Shown here: positions 60,530 to 64,000 of the stretch, in pieces
How positions within the stretch are numbered: the first letter of the stretch is position 1
How the letters are laid out: every line of letters begins with the position of its first letter
Assembly (NCBI RefSeq): GCF_036321535.1
Contig: NC_087453.1
Coordinates: 26,598,001-26,662,000 of the forward strand
Source: Camelus dromedarius
Taxonomy: Eukaryota
Reading direction: 5' to 3'
Length of the DNA: 64,000 bases
Position numbers and translations under genes: made by a program
Notes under the pieces: generated by a model
Databases searched by the model: none
What the model saw: the letters and a program-made list of their open reading frames with translations, nothing else
What the model was told of the DNA's origin: nothing

Positions 60530-61837
60530 TACGTGGATTAAAAGAAGAATCTGGACACAAGGAGGGGATTAGTCCTTCCAGAAATTAAGAACAGACTGTG
60601 AAACTTATAAAATTAAAATAGTGTGGTACTGAATCATGGATAGACAAATTATCCAGTGGAATAGAATATTAAGCATGCAATAGACCCAAGTACCTATTGG
60701 AAATTTAGTATCTGATATAAGTGGTATCTTGAACCACTGGGGTGGAAATTAACTTATTAACATATGGTACAGGGACACCTGGTCAGCCATTTGAAAAAAG
60801 AAAAGTTATATTCAAGCCTCACACCACACACAAGGATAAACTCCAAATAGGTTAGAGGTATATAAACATAAAATAATGAAACCACACGTGGACTGGGAAA
60901 AAAACATGGATGGATTTCCTTTTAACCACAGTTTAGGGAAAGGCTTTGTATCTATGACTCAAAATCTGGAGGAAATACAAGAAAAGATTCATCAATTTAA
61001 CCACATAAGATGTACATAAAAATCATAAACTAGTTAAAAGACAGGTGAAAATTGAAGACAATACTTGTAATATATACCACGAAGATTTTATATTGCTGGT
61101 ATACGAAGAGTTCTTAGAAATGGAAGGACAGAGGGTTAAAAACCTGATAGAAAAATAGGAAATAGATGTAAACAGACAAGTCACCCAAAACATGAGAATA
61201 AAAATGGCTGTTAAACAAAGTTCAAAGATGTTCACCCTCACCCATAATGAGAAAAATGCAAAAGAAAATACCTCTTTTCACCGATTGGACTGATGAAATG
61301 GCAAATTAGGACAGCACATGCTGTTGGCAAGGCTGTGGGAAACAGGCATCCCCATCGAATGCAAACAGGAAGAGGGAATTCCAGAGGGAACCTTGGCAGT
61401 ACCTAACGAAACTAAGTGTGCCCTCATCTCTGGACCCAGCAATCCTAGCACAAGAAATCTACCTTGAGGATATACTTCCCACAATAAAAAATTAATAATA
61501 ATCACAAGCAGGGTTATTCATTCCTGCACTTTATAATTTTAAAATATTAGAAACAACTTAAAGTTTCGCTTACAGTAGTTGAATAAATTATGGTACAGCC
61601 ACAGAATGGAGTACTGTGTAGCTGTAAAGAGGAATGAGGAAGATTTCTAAACACGTATATGGAGTGATTTCCAGGACATGCTGTTAAGTGAAAAAGGCAA
61701 AGTACAAAGGATACTTGTAGTATATTACCCTTCACGTAAGAAAGGATGGGATATTATAAAACATGAAATATCTGCTCCTTTATGTCCAAAAGAGACATAA
61801 GAAGGATAAACCAGGCAATAAAAGGGCTGGTTACCTA

Positions 61838-61870
<33 letters not shown>

Positions 61871-63600
61871 AGGAGTGGAGAAAATGGGATGGCTGTTGAG
61901 TGAGTGATACTTCTCTGAGTTTACTTTGTTGAGTAGCTCTGACTCTGAACCATGATAATGCCTGCATGACCAAAAAAGAAATGAATAATTAAAATCACCA
62001 GGTTTGTGTATGAGTGTGCGTGTGAATGTGTGTGTGCGTGTACTGGAATAAAAAAAAAAGATAAATGAACTTAACTGAATTACAAATGAATAACACATTC
62101 ATGCAGAAGGAGTGCAGAAGGAAAGAGCTAAGTAACTCTGAAAAGACAATATTTTGTGTGCATAGTTAAGGTAAAAGACAAAAAGGACTATCCATCAATA
62201 TTCTGCTCTAGTAAGTAAATTCGTTTCTAACATACGTGCAGGCGAGCGTCTCTGGAATTACTCTATGCGTACACTGAAATTGAATAGATAAGTAAATAAA
62301 TTGTAGATATTGAGAGCCAGGTTTCTCATTGGCAGGAAAAGAACTACAAAAGAAGAGAGGGAAGGCTGGAATGAACACAGCGGTGGTGGGTAAAGTTAGA
62401 GGCATCGGTGAGAGCTCCCAATCTTACATAAACATATACAGATGGATAGATACAGAAATAAGTACACATGTTTGCATCTATGTGGGTTAGTATACACACA
62501 TATTTTTCCTAAGTAGCAATAAGCATACCTTTCATCAAGATTTTAGTTTCTAAATATCATTCTCCAATAAAGGAAGAGAGTCTCCTTGATGGAATTCTAG
62601 ATTTAGGGTAGAGAAAACAGAAGATGAACGTGCAATCTCTTCTGTTGCCAGGAAATGAGGCAGTGCTGGAAAAAAAAACGGCAGCAGGTCAAGAAGACAC
62701 AGGATCTACCTGGTAGGAGCTCTTGGCCACAGATGCGACTAATTTGAGCCCAAACATGATAATATCAAATTATACGGCACAGAATAAAATAAGTATCTTT
62801 GCATCTGATGTAAGTAAATAATTGAGTAATAAATATAGGGCAGAAGGGATGGCTCTTTCTTATAAGTAGAATTCCAATTAACCAATTAACAAATAAAGAA
62901 GGAGGTCGGGAAATAGAAAACCACTGTTAAGAAACCACAAGAAGAATGATGCAGGCAGGAACCTGCAAACATTAGGAAGCAAAAATATGATGAAAAACAA
63001 GATATTCGCATAGTCAAAGTATCATCCCACAAGGTATTTATTCATTACAAGGAGGAAATCATTAACTTCACAATGGAGCAATTTGGCGGCCACTATGGTA
63101 ACCAAGGTCTAAGGTTTACATGACCAGCTGTCAGATGTATTGACATCATTTACTTCCTGATGCAATGCACTGAGCAGGGCACAATGTCACTTCTGTGACA
63201 CTCTTGCTAAAAATGTATAGCTTTAACCTAATCATTAGAAGACAGAAGATCAATCTGCATTGAGAGACGTTCCATGGAATACTTGACTTTAAAAAAAGTC
63301 AAAGTCATGAAAGATAAGAGGAAGGAACTGTCATAGGCCTGAGATGCCAAAGGACACATAACAAATAAATGCACCTGGATTGGATCCTGGACAGAAAACG
63401 AACCATAGTGGAAAACTTGGTGAAATTTGAATAAATTTGTAGCTTATTTAATAGTATGAACGGTATTAATATCCTCATTTGGATAATTACACTACAGTGA
63501 GGGAAGTTGTGAAGATTTAGGAAAGCTGTGTGAAGCGTATGTAAGAACTATCTGCACTATTTTTGCAAATTTTAAACTTTAAAATAAGAAGTTGAAAACC
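60530..63600 (+). mobile_element. Old L1MC/L1MD-like element: decayed ORF2 3' part plus long 3' UTR
   Basis: AAAATAGTGTGGTACTG...CCAGTGGAATAGAAT..., GGCAAGGCTGTGGGAAACAGGCA, and terminal GAACTATCTGCACTATTTTTGCAAATTTT. Confidence 0.85.
61839..61866. repeat. (TG)14 microsatellite
   Basis: Read directly. Confidence 0.97.
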
Positions 63601-64000
63601 ACCCCCAAATGAATCAGCCCCTTGGAAGCTGGTTTCTTAGACTAGGTTTAAAAAGTCAGGAAAGGAATTACTGATGAGAAATGATAATATAAAATCAGTA
63701 TGCTGGTATTTTAAAAAATGGATAAACTGGAACTATCAAATCATAAGGGAAAATAACTGATATATTTAAATAAAAACAGGTGGCAGAAAGGAGAGCAAAT
63801 GAAAAGGCGAAAATACTAAGTTCTCAAGTTGAAAGGGATTAAAAAATAGGGGTAAACGTGACTGATTTGAAGGATTTATTTTGAAAGATAAAGTTCAGCA
63901 GGGCTGAAGAAATGGGTTTCTGTATTTTCCAAAATGCTGTCTTGTCATCTCTCTTATTGAAGTGGACATAAAGCTAAATAAAAATAAAGGCCAGTGTTTG

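Noticed and set aside
333-60961. About 16 AP-1 heptamers and about 12 CACGTG E-boxes counted by eye across the window
   Set aside because: Only a modest excess over a naive estimate; TG/CA bias from CpG decay and several repeat-borne copies could explain it; needs a proper background model
1-64000. CRISPR arrays, operons, tRNA/rRNA or viral coding genes
   Set aside because: Eukaryotic repeat-rich DNA; no regularly spaced repeat-spacer array, no RNA-gene signature and no gag/pol/env remnant recognised

Overview
This is mammalian non-coding genomic DNA from a draft assembly with five N-gaps, most likely a camelid. The taxon is inferred from young L1 3'-UTR fragments that I recall as the alpaca/camel type, and from seeing no Alu, Bov-tA/CHR, PRE-1, ERE or Can-SINE. 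I recognise no host protein-coding gene, rRNA, tRNA, snRNA or miRNA. The only ORF-track peptides I can match to a known protein are decayed LINE-1 ORF2 fragments (11.6-12.4 kb and 56.9-58.2 kb). The window holds layered transposon fossils (MIR, L2, MER5A, MER45, MLT1, L1ME/MC/MB/MA-type, artiodactyl and camelid L1, one ERV1 solo LTR) between unique stretches with enhancer- or promoter-like motif clusters. I did not find a convincing new biological system. The best leads are (i) a young L1 insertion at 56.9-58.2 kb with no poly(A), two opposed arms and both ends apparently primed internally, (ii) a GC-box/TATA/NF-kB/CCAAT promoter-like module at 8.4-9.2 kb, (iii) a possible 8-nt microexon at 21988, and (iv) TCF/E-box, homeodomain and G-quadruplex modules at 32.7-33.3 kb and 50.4-50.9 kb. 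Repeat subfamily names come from memory of consensus sequences, not from a search. Boundaries of old repeats are approximate (tens of bp).
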